64,000 bases of DNA, from positions 17,670,001 through 17,734,000 of the forward strand of contig OZ024750.1 in assembly GCA_964016885.1 (NCBI GenBank). The letters are read 5' to 3'. The stretch is from Eledone cirrhosa (lineage: Eukaryota). This document shows, piece after piece, positions 1 through 17,266 of this stretch. Within the stretch, counting starts at the first letter, position 1. The number at the start of each line of letters is the position of its first letter. The position numbers and the translations under genes are program-made. A model generated the notes under the pieces. That model was not told the origin of the DNA. It ran no database searches and saw nothing but the letters and a program-made list of their open reading frames with translations.

Positions 1-111
1 GGATGATAAACAATCTAATGAATAGTTCCTAATTCTTAGCAATTCTTATCTAGAAATTATTGAAATTCAACATTTCTTATCTGTGGAACTAAACTAGCAG
101 CAACCATTTAG

Positions 112-187
<76 letters not shown>

Positions 188-294
188 AACTTTCTAAGAC
201 ACACAAACACTCACTCACAAATGCTCTCACACATATAGAAACCGACATGCACATATACACTGACATGCAAACACATGCACACACTCACAGAGAT

Positions 295-334
<40 letters not shown>

Positions 335-458
335 AAATGCTCACTCACATATAGAGACCAAACATGCACATATGCACTGACATGCAAGCGCATGCACAAC
401 ACTCTCACAGAGACACACAAACATGCATACTCTCACAGACACACTCGCTCATACAAAT

Positions 459-492
<34 letters not shown>

Positions 493-879
493 ACTGACAT
501 GCAAACACAAACACACACATTCACACACACACACACACACATCATTTACTATCCAGTGTTGTATGCTGGCAAGGGTTAGATGAGCTGTCATAGACCAAGT
601 CAGTACTTAATGAGAGCTAGTGACCTCACCAGCAAGCTGGGGTTGACTAGCTCTTATATATGTTCCAGTTTTGGCATGATTTCTACACCTAGATGCCCTT
701 CCTATCAACAACCCCTTTACAGAGTGTGCTGGGTGCGTTTTATCATACCACACATATGAAGGAAATTGTCATGTCCTTGACATGGGCGAAGAGTCTTCCC
801 AACACATATATATGTGTGTGTATATATTCAAGCATGGAAAAATGGATGTAAAAACGATGATGGTCACACATATATATAT

Positions 880-1215
880 GGAGGCACATGGCTTAGTGGT
901 TAGAGCATTGGCCTTGCAATCGAAAGGTTGTGAGTTCAATTCTCAGACCGGGTGATGTGTTGTTTCCTTGAGCAAGACACTTTATTTCACATTGCTCCAG
1001 TTTACTCAGCTGTAGAAATGAGATGATAGGGACTGGAGTCCCTATCATTCCGCTGCAAAGTGGTCGTGGAGGTGCCACAGTAAAAAAGCACCCAGAACTC
1101 ACTGTAAATGAGGTTGGTGTTAGGAAGGGCATCCAGCTGTAAAAATCAAGCCAGAATCAGTTCCCGTTCCACCCTTGCAAGCAGGGAAAAAGCGGACGTA
1201 AAATGATGATGATGA
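880..1215 (+). mobile_element. tRNA-derived SINE family A (CORE-like middle, RTE-type (ATG)n tail)
   Basis: A box tggcttagtgg, B box gagttcaattc, ccttgagcaagacactt; near-identical to 15666-16004. Confidence 0.9.
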
Positions 1216-1306
1216 TATCAAAAGTATATATTGAGTTAAAAACTCACAATAGTCCCTTATAATTAAAATAGCTCAAGGAAAAAAATTTTCCGACCCTTAT
1301 AATATT

Positions 1307-1433
1307 ATTTAATATAATAGAGACAAACACAGATATATACATATATGCATTCAAATCATAAGGGTTTAGGTCCCTTATGATTTGAACGCATATATGTATA
1401 TAGCTGTGTTTGTCTCTCTTTATTATATTAAAT
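1307..1433. repeat. Fold-back with about 58-bp arms next to (TA)n
   Basis: 1307-1364 pairs with 1372-1433 with a few mismatches and a 4-nt indel; no hammerhead core visible. Confidence 0.8.
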
Positions 1434-1449
1434 TATATATATATATATA

Positions 1450-2022
1450 TGATGGCTGCCAACTCGTTTTCGAGTACGGCCACTACTTTATATCCATGTA
1501 GGAGAACTCCTACCGATGCGGTGAACGAGTGTGACTTTTTAGTCCAGCCAGCGACTTGAAAACTCTGGTACAAACACTACACTTGTGACAATTATTGACA
1601 CATAGTGCTGGGCCCATGGTACCATGTGACGACAAGTGCAGAGAGATCTCCAGATATAAAGCAATGCCTGTGCCGTGAAGCTTTTATAGTGAGCAAAGGC
1701 ACTGCACAAAGCCAGTCCCACTCTCTTAACCAAGATGATATTTACCAAAAAGAAGAACAAGTCAACATCATTGGATACCATCAGTGTTGCAGGTGTTACA
1801 TCAGTTTTCCTTCTCCTAGAATTCTGCCTTGACAAAGGCTAAGGGGTCATCTCTCCCGGTGATTTTGGATGGCCATTAACTCTTAAGAGCTCCTTTGCCC
1901 TTTGACAGGTTTTGTTTTTAGTCCTGCAGGATGTCCAAAGTCACCCTCCTCACCAAGAAACCTTGGTGGGGTTGCCAGTTTAGTCGCCAATGGCCCGACG
2001 ATAAAACAGGTTGTACTGACAT
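1450..2022 (-). mobile_element. RTE-like 5' UTR or non-autonomous derivative
   Basis: Minus-strand motif aaggcagaattctaggagaaggaaaactga resembles RTE 5' UTRs (recalled, not searched); GC-richer island between (TA)n. Confidence 0.4.
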
Positions 2023-2052
2023 AATAATATATATATATACACACATACATTA

Positions 2053-2234
2053 TTTAACATCCATTTCCCTGCTAGTTAGGAGTGGATGGGTCTCATTTCT
2101 ACAGCTGAGTAAACTGGAGCAATGTGAAATAAAGTGTCTTGCTCAAGGAAACAACACATCACCCAGTCTGAGAATTGAACTCACAACCTTGCGATTGCAA
2201 GGCCAATGCTCTAACCACTAAGCCATGTGCCTCC
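2053..2234 (-). mobile_element. SINE family A, internally deleted
   Basis: Reverse complement of 880-1022 plus a short tail. Confidence 0.85.
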
Positions 2235-2236
2235 AT

Positions 2237-6830
<4,594 letters not shown>

Positions 6831-6834
6831 TATT

Positions 6835-7760
6835 GCCAAACTGATGAATTGATATGCAGAAAAGACAGGATTATGCTACCATCTTGCCCAATTTGCCGAC
6901 AAGAGGTAGGTAAAAACGCCATACAATCTATCCAGTGTAAATTTTGGATACACAAGAGATGTAGTGGTGTCATAAGCAGGCTAACAGAGAAAAGACATTC
7001 TGTGTGTGGCGGATACATAGGGATAGGTGATAGTAAGAGCACCAGTGAAAAACCTTTTCTAATTCCAAAAAGACTCTATTGAAGTAGTCGATAGCTTCTG
7101 TTATTTATTTAGGCTGCCTAATTAAAAATGGAGTAGGAGGATCTGAAAGTATAGTAGCAACAATAATAACTGTTTCTACGTTAGGCACAAGGCCAGCAAT
7201 TACCCAGTGCATTACTGGTACTTTATTTTATCGACCCCCGTAAGGATGAAAGGCAAAGTCAACCTCGGCGGGATTTGAACTCAGATCGTAAAGGGACGTA
7301 ACTATGCTGGAAAGCATGGCGTCCGACCCTCTACCGATGCTGCCACAATAATAACAAGAGGGAAAATGTTCAGGAGCCATTAGAGATTCTCTATCGAAGA
7401 AAAGGATAGATTGTATCATGCCTATAAGACAAGTGCAATGTTGTATGGTAGTGAGACATGGGTATTGAATGTAGAGGATGTGCAAAAGTTTTTTTTTTTA
7501 AATGTGAGGTAAGCATTCTCTGTTGGATACATAATATCAATGTGCATGAATAATGAAGCACATATGAGTTGAGAGAAAAACTGGATGTAACAAGAATCAG
7601 TTGAAGTGTGCAGAAGAGAAGACTGCACTGAGTAAAGACGTGCCAAGGGTTCCAAGTGGAATAAAACTGCAGTAGAGAATAACTGAGGAAGACCTGGGCA
7701 GATGTGGTTAGAGCTGATCCCAAAATGCTGAAACTCAGAGAAGACAAAACGACATAACAA
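6835..7760 (+). mobile_element. Degraded RTE-clade LINE with PHD-like Cys cluster, split by a SINE
   Basis: [42 protein letters not shown]; many frameshifts. Confidence 0.75.
7170..7345 (-). mobile_element. SINE family B
   Basis: Near-identical to 11489-11672 and 41449-41635. Confidence 0.88.
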
Positions 7761-7850
7761 GGTGGTGGTAGTGTTGGTGTTAGTGGTCATTGTGTCAGTG
7801 TATATGTTTATGCAGGAAAAACATTTTTCATTATTAGATAAGTATATTAA

Positions 7851-8043
7851 GGGCTGTGGATTGGCAGTATAGGTAGAGGGTCGGACGATTTGCTTTGCAG
7901 CAAAGAGTTACGGCCCTTTATGGTCTGAGTTCAAATCCCGCTGAGGTTAACTTTGCCTTTCATCCTTACGGAGTCGATAAAATAAAGTACCAGTAATGTA
8001 TTAGGTAATTGCTGGCCTTGTCCCTATATAAGAAACAATTATT
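7851..8043 (+). mobile_element. SINE family B
   Basis: Same motifs as 11489-11672. Confidence 0.85.
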
Positions 8044-8064
8044 AGATAAGTATATACATGTTAA

Positions 8065-8287
8065 CCCTTTTATTAATATATTTCTAATAAAAGGCCAGTC
8101 TATGATTTTGAAATTAATCAAGAATTTTGTGAGAATAAGTAATATAACACTTTCTCATTATTAAGCTGGTGTTTGGAACATAAAGGTTCTTACATAAAAC
8201 TATGATGGAAGGTTTTTTTGATAAATATAAACACTTTAAAAGAAAGTTTTCTATCATAGAATGAGGTGTTGTTTGGTATGAAATGGG
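8065..8287. mobile_element. piggyBac-like MITE family 2
   Basis: TTAA|ccctttt ... aaatggg|TTAA; homologs at 28385-28553, 43806-44010, 53305-53516, 62340-62565. Confidence 0.65.
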
Positions 8288-10459
8288 TTAAGCAAATAAA
8301 AGATGCCTATCACAGTCTCTAACCAAGGCTTAATTTTAACCGTTTATGAGATTTTGCTATTGTTTATTTTGAGAATAATACCTTAACATCAGTATGAGTG
8401 GCCAGTTATAGCCAGTTTGAACAGAAAGAGGTGAGAGAATTCTTGCCAGATATGGTTGGTTTAAATACTAAAGGGTTAAACTGCTACAGTATGGAATTGA
8501 ACACAGGACCTGATGTTGGCAAAGTGTTCTGCTTAACTACTTAGTCATGTCTGTATCTACAAAGACTTAGCTGACTGGTATTATTCTTATACAGTTTCCA
8601 TCTACCCAATTTCACTCGCAAGGTTTGAGTCAACCCAAAGCTATTGATAAAAGACACTTGTTCAAGATACCAAACAATGGGATCGAACTCACAAGCTCAT
8701 GATTGCAAAACAAACTTATTAGCCACTTAGTCATGATGCATTTAACAGGTAAATCACACAGGAATACAAATGGGGAGAGCAAAAAGTAAAATGGTTTAGT
8801 GCTGTTCATCAAAAGATCTTGTCTCGTTATGTGTTTGTGTGTCTGCCTGTGTATGTGTCAATGTATGTGTTTGTATGCCTGTGTTTTTATGTGTATATGT
8901 ATGCGTGACTGTGTCAATGATCTGAGTGTATGTCTGCCTGTCTGTGTATATGTGTGTATGTCTGTGTGTGTGTGTGTGTGTTTGTATTATAACTATTGTC
9001 TTAACAAGAAACAGCATATTATAAATGTTGAGCAATCTAAAACATCCTTTGTGTCTGTGTGGGTGTACATGTGTGTGTTTGTCTGTGTAGGTGTATGAGT
9101 GTGTGTGTTTGCCTGTGTATGTGCTTGTCTGTGTAGGCGTGTGCCTGTGTGTGTGTGTTTGTCTGTGTAGGTGTATGAGTGTGTGTGTTTGCCTGTGTAT
9201 GTGCTTGTCTGTGTAGGCGTATGCGTGTGCCTGTGTGTGTGTGTGTTTGTCTGTGTAGGTGTATGTGTGTGCCTGTCTGTATGTGGGGGAGTGTTTGCTA
9301 GAGTCTGTATGTGGGTCTGTTTGTGTATTAACTGCCATCTTAACAACAAACAGCATAATATAAATTTGAGCAAAGCAAAGTATTTTGTTGGAGAAGAAAT
9401 ACAGTCATAGGAAAGTGCTTACATAAACGGTGAAGCAGATCAATGGAGATAAAATATTGTTGGGAATTAAAAGCAATCTATGTCTGTTCTAGCTGGCAAC
9501 TAAATCTATGTCTATTCTAACTGGCAACCAAATCTGATATGACGTATAACTTTTTCCATTTTAAGCCAAACTTATCTCTTTTTCTAAATCTCTTACAAAT
9601 CAACTTGGAGCTAAGAACAAAGCCGATCTCTTAAACAATTGTTTGTTTTTACAATCTACTCTCAAAATCAATAAAAATGTTATGAAAATATTAAAAATCC
9701 GAGCAGCTCTGAGAATGTTACATTGAAAGAAATACATGTTGCTAATGTTGTTGTTCATCTTGTAGGTTTGGTTTTTGTGTTTTTCTTTAATTTTATCATC
9801 ATCATCATCACCGTCATCGTCGCCGTCGCTGCTGTCACCGTCGTCATCATAATTCTTCTGCTGGATTCTCTGTCAATTTCAGCAATGAACTTTCAGTGGA
9901 ACATCTGAACATCTTACTGATTAAATTACACATAAGTGGTTGAGTTTTCCACAAACATATGTACCCTTAACTCTTAACACCGTGTATCACATGAAAACTA
10001 CATTAGCAATAGATTCTTGAAAAGCAGAAAACAGTAAGAATAAAAATTTAACATTGTAAATTTTCACAATCTATCCACTAGTAAAGATATTATAAAGATT
10101 TGAATTAACAAACCCATTTTTAGATATTTTCGGCTAAATCATTACAGGATGTTAATTAGTATAATTCTCTGGCAAAATCAGCTTGACACAAAATGTGAAT
10201 TACAGGTACAATCCATTTTGAAACATAAAGATTTATAATGTGGAAAGTGATATAAGGCTAAACAAGGTAAATAGATTGTGAAAAAGGTAAGGTAACAAAG
10301 TAAGTTACCTAGTAATTTTTGTTTCTTTTTGTTGTTGCTGTTATTTCTTTCATCCTAACAAAGATAAGAAAATGATGGAAGGTTTTTAGATAGATATAAA
10401 CCTGAGTTCCCACAGGTATAAGCCAAAGCTGAAGCATATAGGCAATATGCCCCCACGCC

Positions 10460-10741
10460 CTTCCCACTGTAAAGTGATTGTGTAGATGTCACAACAAAAA
10501 GCACCCAGTCCACACTGTAAAGTAGTCGTGTATGTGCCACAGTAAAAAAGCACCCAGTTCTCACTGTAAATGAGGTTGGTGTTTGGAAGGGCATCCAGCT
10601 GTTGAAAAATCAGTCCTGTATGAGCAAGACATGGTCACCTGACCTGGCATTGCCTACAACACGACAACCCGTCTAACCCATGCTAGTGTGGAATGATTGA
10701 CATAAAACGGTGATGATGATGATGGTGATGATGATGATGAT
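10460..10741 (+). mobile_element. SINE-like family C (ggttggtgttaggaagggcatccagctg domain, (ATG)n tail)
   Basis: Internal cactgtaaa repeats; homologs at 35330-35600, 45475-45685, 46627-46920, 63480-63680. Confidence 0.7.
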
Positions 10742-10891
10742 AAAGATAAAGACTATAAAAATAAACAGTTGTGTATCATAGAACAAGGGCTGGTCATCTT
10801 AAAAATAGTAGAAAAATGTACAGTATAAACAAATCTGCAGTATAAACAAACAGTTATTTCATATGAATAAATTTCTTGTTTTCTTTTACAG

Positions 10892-11111
10892 TTGTGCAGC
10901 AGGTGCAGCTGGTGCGGCTCGCATGAGTCTACCACCGGTTCTGACTCAGGGATGTTCACAACGAAAATGTCTTGAGGTTCCAAGCCCATGTTATGGTCAC
11001 ATTCCTAGCAACAGCTCTACAGATACAGAGGCTGATGACTCAACAACTTGTCTCGTACTAAGTGTTCCATCAAAGCTGAACATTGTTGCTCCATGGGAGG
11101 ATACTGATTAA
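10892..11111 (+). CDS. Probable terminal coding exon of an unidentified gene (CAAGAAGAARMSLPPVL...KLNIVAPWEDTD*)
   Basis: Strong acceptor tttcttgttttcttttacAG; 72 open codons of non-repetitive, GC-richer sequence; TAA followed by (ATT)/(GTT) repeats; no upstream exon found in window. Confidence 0.6.
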
Positions 11112-11183
11112 CTTCAACACCATTAATATTATCTGATTATTATTATTATTATTATTATTACTATTATTATTATTATTATTATT

Positions 11184-11252
<69 letters not shown>

Positions 11253-11691
11253 AGTGCGGTGGATTGGCAGTATTGGTAGGGGGCTGGATGCCATGCTTTG
11301 CAGCATAGCGTTACGGCCCTTTATGATCTGAGTTCAAATCCTACCGAGGTTTACTTTGCCTTTCATCCTTACAGGGTCGATAAAATAAAGTACCAGTCAC
11401 ACACTGGGGTCGATTTAATCGACTTTCCCCTCTCCCAAAATTGCTGGCCTTGTGCCTATATAAGAAACCATTATTATTATTATTAGAAGAGGTGGATTGG
11501 CAGTATCGGTAGAGGGTCGGAGGCCATGCTTCCCAGCATAGTTACGTCCCTTTACGATCTGAGTTCAAATCCCGCCGAGGTTGACTTTGCCTTTCATCCT
11601 TACGGGGTCGATAAAATAAAGTACCAGTAATGCACTGGGTAATTGCTGGCCTTGTGCCCAAAGTAGAAACAATTATTATTATTATTTATTA

Positions 11692-11725
<34 letters not shown>
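11253..11725 (+). mobile_element. Two tandem SINE family B copies (Meta/MESC-like middle, (ATT)n tail)
   Basis: ggtggattggcag.., gagttcaaatc B box, gcctttcatccttacggggtcgataaaataaagtacc. Confidence 0.88.
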
Positions 11726-11727
<2 letters not shown>

Positions 11728-12044
11728 ACTGTTGCTGTTGTTGACATCAACCTTTATCTAATATATAATTATTTTTGTCCGTATACTATTTTCCCAGCAC
11801 TTCAATCTTACTGGAGTTGACATTCGCCTTTCATCCCTCCAGTAGTAGTAATGGTAATGTCAATACCGATTCAATATTTTACAATTGATGGTATCAAATA
11901 TACCCACACACCACACCCATAACCCCCCACACACACACCGCACCACGCCCATACCCACACACCCTTCCCAACCCTACCTACGCACAAACTTGCAATGGAT
12001 GTTGTGTAAGAAAAATATTTCAAGTACCACACCCCTGACAAAAA

Positions 12045-12622
12045 AAGTACCCCACTCTGATAGATAGGTACTCCATTCTGACAGAAAGGCACCCCTATTT
12101 TCTGACAGAGAGGTACTCCATTCTGATAGAAGGGGACCCCTATTCTGACAGAGAGGTACTCCATTCTGACAGAAAGGCACCCTTATTCTGACAGAGAGGT
12201 ACTCCATTCTGACAGAAAGGTACCCCTATTCTGACAGAGAGGTACTCCATTCTGACAGAAAGGCACCCTTATTCTGACAGAGAGGTACTCCATTCTGACA
12301 GAAAGGTACCCCTATTCTGACAGAGAGGTACTCCATTCTGACAGAAAGGCACTCCTATTCTGACAGAGAGGTATTCCATTCTGAGAGAAAGGTATGCCTA
12401 TTCTGACAGAGAGGTACTCCATTCTGACAGAAAGGGACCCCTATTCTGACAGAGAGGTACTCCATTCTGACAGAAAGGCACTCCTATTCTGACAGAGAGG
12501 TACTCCATTCTGACAGAAAGGTATGCCTATTCTGACAGAGAGGTATTCCATTCTGAGAGAAAGGTACCTCTATTCTGACAGAGAGGTACTCCATTCTGAC
12601 AGAAAGGCACCCCTATTCTGCC
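12045..12622. repeat. Minisatellite, about 42-bp unit made of two related 21-mers
   Basis: gagaggtactccattctgaca + gaaaggcacccctattctgaca, about 14 units. Confidence 0.95.
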
Positions 12623-13589
12623 AGAAGAAACTTCAAATATTACACCACATTGCTGATGAGTATACACCTGACATTGGTTATACCAGCTACCCTTAACACA
12701 CACACCCAACATGGTTATACCAGCTACCCCTAACATGCGCACACACCTAACATGGTAATACCAGGTACCCTTAACATGTGCACACATGAACATGACACTA
12801 TACCACCCACCCTTAACACAAAAACCCAAAATTCTATGCATTCTTAAAATACTTTTCTGCTTATATAGTTCATATTTGTTCATTTGTTGAAACGATTAAT
12901 TAACATATATACACATATATACAGATATACATACATATATACACACACACATAAATGTAGACATATATACATACAAACATATATATACACAAATATTCAT
13001 AAACACACACATATACGCAGATATATGCTTATACATACACATTTATATACACATATATACACGCATATATACACACATATTCATACATATATTCATACAT
13101 TCATATATACAAACAGGCAAATATAAGCGCGCAAATGTGTGTGTTTTTGCTTGTATTTCTATGTGTAAACTGTGTATGTACTTGCTTGTGCACATGCTTA
13201 ATGTGTGTATGTGTATGTATGTGCTTGCATGTTCATGTATATATAACATATTCATCATCACCAATCTCAATTACATCATCACCAACCTCAATTACATCAC
13301 CATCAACCTCAATTTCACCATCGTCACCTCAATTTCGTCATCATCAACCTCAATCTCACCATCATCAACCTTAATCTCGTTGTCATCAACACTAACCCCA
13401 TCATTGTCAACATCAGTTCTGTCAACCTCAATCTTAACAATTGTCACCATCAATCTCAACATTGTCAACATAAATTACATCATTACTACAGGATAGAGTG
13501 AACTTTGTTATAATTATTATGAAGAGTAAAGCATGACAAGTTTTGTACAAAGAAATTGCTGCACCCAACATTATCATAGATATACATGG

Positions 13590-13929
13590 GTAAAGAACCC
13601 CTTTGGTCCCAAATGACCATAGGATTTGCACCTAAAAAGTTTCCCTCCGAGACACATGTCAAAGCAAGGTTGTTTTGAAAGACCAGCAGTCGCTGTTGCA
13701 TACCAGCCTACCCCCTCTCCATGCCATTGATGATGTCCAAGGGAAAGGTAATGGCCGATACAGCTTGGAACCAATGACGTCACAACTCATTTCTACAGCT
13801 GAGTGAACTGGAGCAACGTGAAATAAAGTATCTTGCTCAAGGACACAATGCATCACCCGGTCTGAGAATCGAACTCACAACCTTCCAATTGCAAGCCCAA
13901 TGCTCTAACCACTAAGACATGCACCTCCA
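13590..13929 (-). mobile_element. SINE family A head with a different 3' body
   Basis: Head matches 880-1020; body differs. Confidence 0.8.
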
Positions 13930-13974
13930 CATATATATAAATATACAAACATTTACATAAAACTACATACTATA

Positions 13975-14250
13975 GAGGTACATGGCCTAGTGGTAAGGGT
14001 GTTGGACTTACGATCATAATGTCGTAGGTTCAATTCCTGGACTGGGTTTACATGTTGTGCTCTTGAGCAAAACACTTCATTTCACGTTGCTCCAGTATAC
14101 TCAACTGAAAATGAGAACCAGCAATAGCTGAGGGTTTAAACTTGTGATGGACTGGCGTCCTATCCAGGTGGGAGTTTTGTACTCTCAGTCACTTCATGCC
14201 ATGAATCACTGCACTAACGAACCTTAAAGATGGCTTCAGACAGACTTTAG
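13975..14250 (+). mobile_element. SINE family A-related subfamily
   Basis: tRNA boxes, cttgagcaaaacactt; reverse copies at 17785-18059, 51850-52060, 54712-54823. Confidence 0.8.
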
Positions 14251-14324
14251 ACTTACTATATACTATATAAAACACAATATGGACAAAAGCAACCTTTAAT
14301 TGGTTATATTTCTTGTCTTTGGTA

Positions 14325-14743
14325 GTGATGATGATGATGGTAGTGGTAGCTCTGATGATGATAGTGGTGCTGGCAGTGATGATGATTGTGGCTGTGATGG
14401 TAACGATGCCGATGATGATGATGATGGGAGTGATGGTAGTGATGATGATGATGATGATGATGAGTGTGATGGTAACGATGATGATGATGATGATGATGAT
14501 GGGAGTGATAGTAGTGATGATGGTGATGGAGGTGATGGAGATGGTGGTAGTGTAGATGATGAGATAATGATGGTGGTGGTGGTGGTGGTGGTGGTGGTGG
14601 TGGTTGTGGTAAGGAACATGATGATTGTGATGGTGATGGTGGTGGTGGTGGTGTCAAAGATGATGATTTTGATGATGGTGACGAGGAAGCTGCTACTGTT
14701 GCTGCTAGTAAGAAAGATAAGGATTGTGAGGGTTGTGATGATA

Positions 14744-14800
<57 letters not shown>

Positions 14801-14900
14801 TTGGTGATGATGATGAAGCGGATTGTGATGATGATGATGACGATGATGATGATGATGGAGATGGTAACAAAGATGAGGATTGTAATGGCAGTGGTGATGA
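14325..14900. repeat. (GAT)/(GGT) compound trinucleotide repeat
   Basis: Direct reading; a (CAT/CAA)-type tract also lies at 13250-13490. Confidence 0.95.
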
Positions 14901-15062
14901 CAGTGCAATTATTACAAAATCACCAAGAGCATACTAAAGTGTTAATTACTAAGAAATGGTTTTCACATAATTAAACTTCACACATCTCAGCCTGAGTTGC
15001 AATGGGACCATCTTATATTTTTACTGACTATACTGTGTGTATGTATATGTACATATACATAC

Positions 15063-15109
<47 letters not shown>

Positions 15110-15190
15110 AACAGACACATATATATATATATATGTATATACACATACATCCATATATATATATATTATATGTGTGTGTATCTCTGTGTG

Positions 15191-15239
<49 letters not shown>

Positions 15240-15665
15240 ATATATATGTGTGTATAAACATATATACATATATACAAATCTATACAATGCACACACACAC
15301 ACACACATATATACACACACATGCACATCTACATATACACACATATATACATTCATACCCATATATACATATACACACATATGCTTATATACACACAGAT
15401 ATGCATATATACATACATACATATATACACATACACATGCACACACTCTCATGCATATATATCCCACATAGAAAGAAATATGGTGTGTATGTTTGTTCTG
15501 ATAATGAAATGAAGACAAGGATGATTTTATTTTGACAGATACACAATACATACACACAAACTTACACATGTGTGTACACACACCTTACACACCCATTGAG
15601 ACATTTAAATATATATATATATATGTTTGTGTATATGTGTGTGTGTGATTATGTTATATATATAT

Positions 15666-16004
15666 GGAGGCACATGGCTTAGTGGTTAGAGCATTGGCCT
15701 TGCAATCGAAAGATTGTGAGTTCAATTCTCAGACCGGGTGATGTGTTGTTTCCTTGAGCAAGACACTTTATTTTTCACATTGCTCCAGTTTACTCAGCTG
15801 TAGAAATGAGATGATAGGGACTGAGGTCCCTATCATTCCACTGCAAAGTGGTCGTGGAGGTGCCACGTCAAAAAAAGCACCCAGCACTCACTGTAAATGA
15901 GGTTGGTGTTAGGAAGGGCATCCAGCTGTAGAAATCAAGCCAGTATCAGTTCCCGTCCCACCCTTGTAAGCAGGGAAAAAGCGGACGTAAAATGAAATGA
16001 TGAT
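15666..16004 (+). mobile_element. SINE family A full copy
   Basis: High identity to 880-1215. Confidence 0.9.
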
Positions 16005-16111
16005 ACATATATATACAGGGTGTCCCCAAAATGTATACACACTTTGTGTGCATGATTATATATATATATATATATATATATAGTTATGTAATAAACAACA
16101 TAAGGCAATTA

Positions 16112-16172
16112 TTTCATTTACCAGTGGTTTCTTAAAAGCAAAAAAATGTTGCTTTCAATCATCAGAATGAAA
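16112..16172 (-). ncRNA. Type I hammerhead ribozyme
   Basis: tttcatt CTGATGA ttgaaagcaa(7 nt)ttgcttttaa GAAA cc act gg TA aatgaaa: 7-bp stem I, 10-bp stem II, short stem III, GUA site. Confidence 0.85.
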
Positions 16173-16247
16173 AAATCCTGGTGTATTTATTGGCGTTGGA
16201 TTTTAAAAACCTTTTAAAATCCAACGCCAATAAATACACCAGGATTT

Positions 16248-16308
16248 TTTCATTCTGATGATTGAAAGCAAAATTTTTTTGATTTTGAGAAACCACTGGT
16301 AAATGAAA
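16248..16308 (+). ncRNA. Type I hammerhead ribozyme (mirror copy)
   Basis: Same fold in the right arm; stem II carries a few mismatches. Confidence 0.75.
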
Positions 16309-16440
16309 TAATTGCCTTATGTTGTTTATTACATAACTATTAAGCTCTGTTACCTACATAGAGCACTCTTTTTCCCCTGGACTTTTCCGACGGAATTACT
16401 TCATTTACACATATATATATATATATATATATATAATAAT

Positions 16441-16657
16441 AAGGGTTGACGGACCCAGCATATTTATCAATGCCAGTACCAGTTGTATCTCAGCGCACTC
16501 AGTGGGCAATGTAAGATACATTACCAGATTATACACATAGTTATTTACCTCAACACAACACACGTAAAACGGGTGCCTATAAGATTCCCGGACTCGAGTT
16601 TCTGCCACACTAATGCAGCAGTAAGGTGCACTGCACCATCTGTCTGCATATATTATG

Positions 16658-16662
<5 letters not shown>
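16441..16662 (-). mobile_element. Penelope-like 3' fragment with hammerhead 3' half
   Basis: Unique island between (TA)n tracts; minus strand GAAA ctcgag TC (palindromic stem III, GUC); CUGANGA core absent. Confidence 0.45.
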
Positions 16663-16706
<44 letters not shown>

Positions 16707-16711
<5 letters not shown>

Positions 16712-16916
16712 AGAAAGTATGACCCCGACGGCAGAGCTCAAGCCATTTCGACAGCTATTTCTGGACTAAAGAGCTTTAGTCCAGAAATAGCCGTCGAAAC
16801 GGCTTGAGCTCTGCCATCGAGGTCATACTTTCTCCTATTACCCACTCTATTACCCGAAGTATTGAGTACTCTGGTGCATTATGGTCCATCTGGTTCCTTA
16901 CCACAACTCCTCCGTT
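16707..16916. mobile_element. Fold-back element with hammerhead 3' half and conserved tail
   Basis: About 65-bp arms 16707-16771 and 16774-16838; gtcGAAAcgg at 16793-16802; tail homologous to 41135-41220. Confidence 0.75.
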
Positions 16917-16967
16917 ATATATATAGATGTTAAATGATGATGATGATGATGATGATATATATATATA

Positions 16968-17189
16968 CAGGGTGTCCCCAAAAATGTATACACACTTTGA
17001 TTAACTGAACAGGCAATATTTATTATAATGTACAGCCTTTCCCCAAAATAAAATGATCTACAGACATTAATTCAATTGTATGTAAACACCCAAAAATGTT
17101 TACATAATTTAAATAATGCATATAAAACAGAATTTATTTTAATGCTTTTTTGCTGTTAAAGTGTGTATACATTTTTTAGGGACACCCTG
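16968..17189. mobile_element. Tc1/mariner-type MITE
   Basis: TA|cagggtgtccccaaaaatgtatacacacttt ... aaagtgtgtatacattttttagggacaccctg|TA; solo TIR at 16016-16046. Confidence 0.9.
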
Positions 17190-17266
17190 TATATATATCG
17201 TGCAAGCAAGGAAAAGAGGACGTAAAATGATGACATAATGAAAAATTTGGGGCCACGTTGGCTGAG

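Larger units (their letters stand above)
16080..16408. mobile_element. Fold-back hammerhead element (Penelope-like remnant) in (TA)n
   Basis: Arms 16080-16208 and 16212-16340 nearly perfect; unique 3' tail to about 16408; (TA)n on both sides; homolog at 32110-32325. Confidence 0.85.

Noticed and set aside
880-955. tRNA gene
   Set aside because: A and B boxes belong to SINE heads that continue into SINE bodies; no proper acceptor stem.
6841-6875. CTGATGA...GAAA hammerhead-like match
   Set aside because: No stem I, II or III pairing; lies in RTE-derived sequence. Similar chance cores at 11032 and 12653 were also dropped.
10206-10266. Possible upstream exon for the 10892 exon (AG...GTAAAT)
   Set aside because: Stops in all three frames and a weak pyrimidine tract.
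12045-12622. CRISPR-like or coding repeat
   Set aside because: Head-to-tail minisatellite without spacers; ORFs are short and repeat-derived.
14296-14974. Asp-, Ser- or His-rich ORFs
   Set aside because: Trinucleotide repeat open in several frames on both strands; no splice context.
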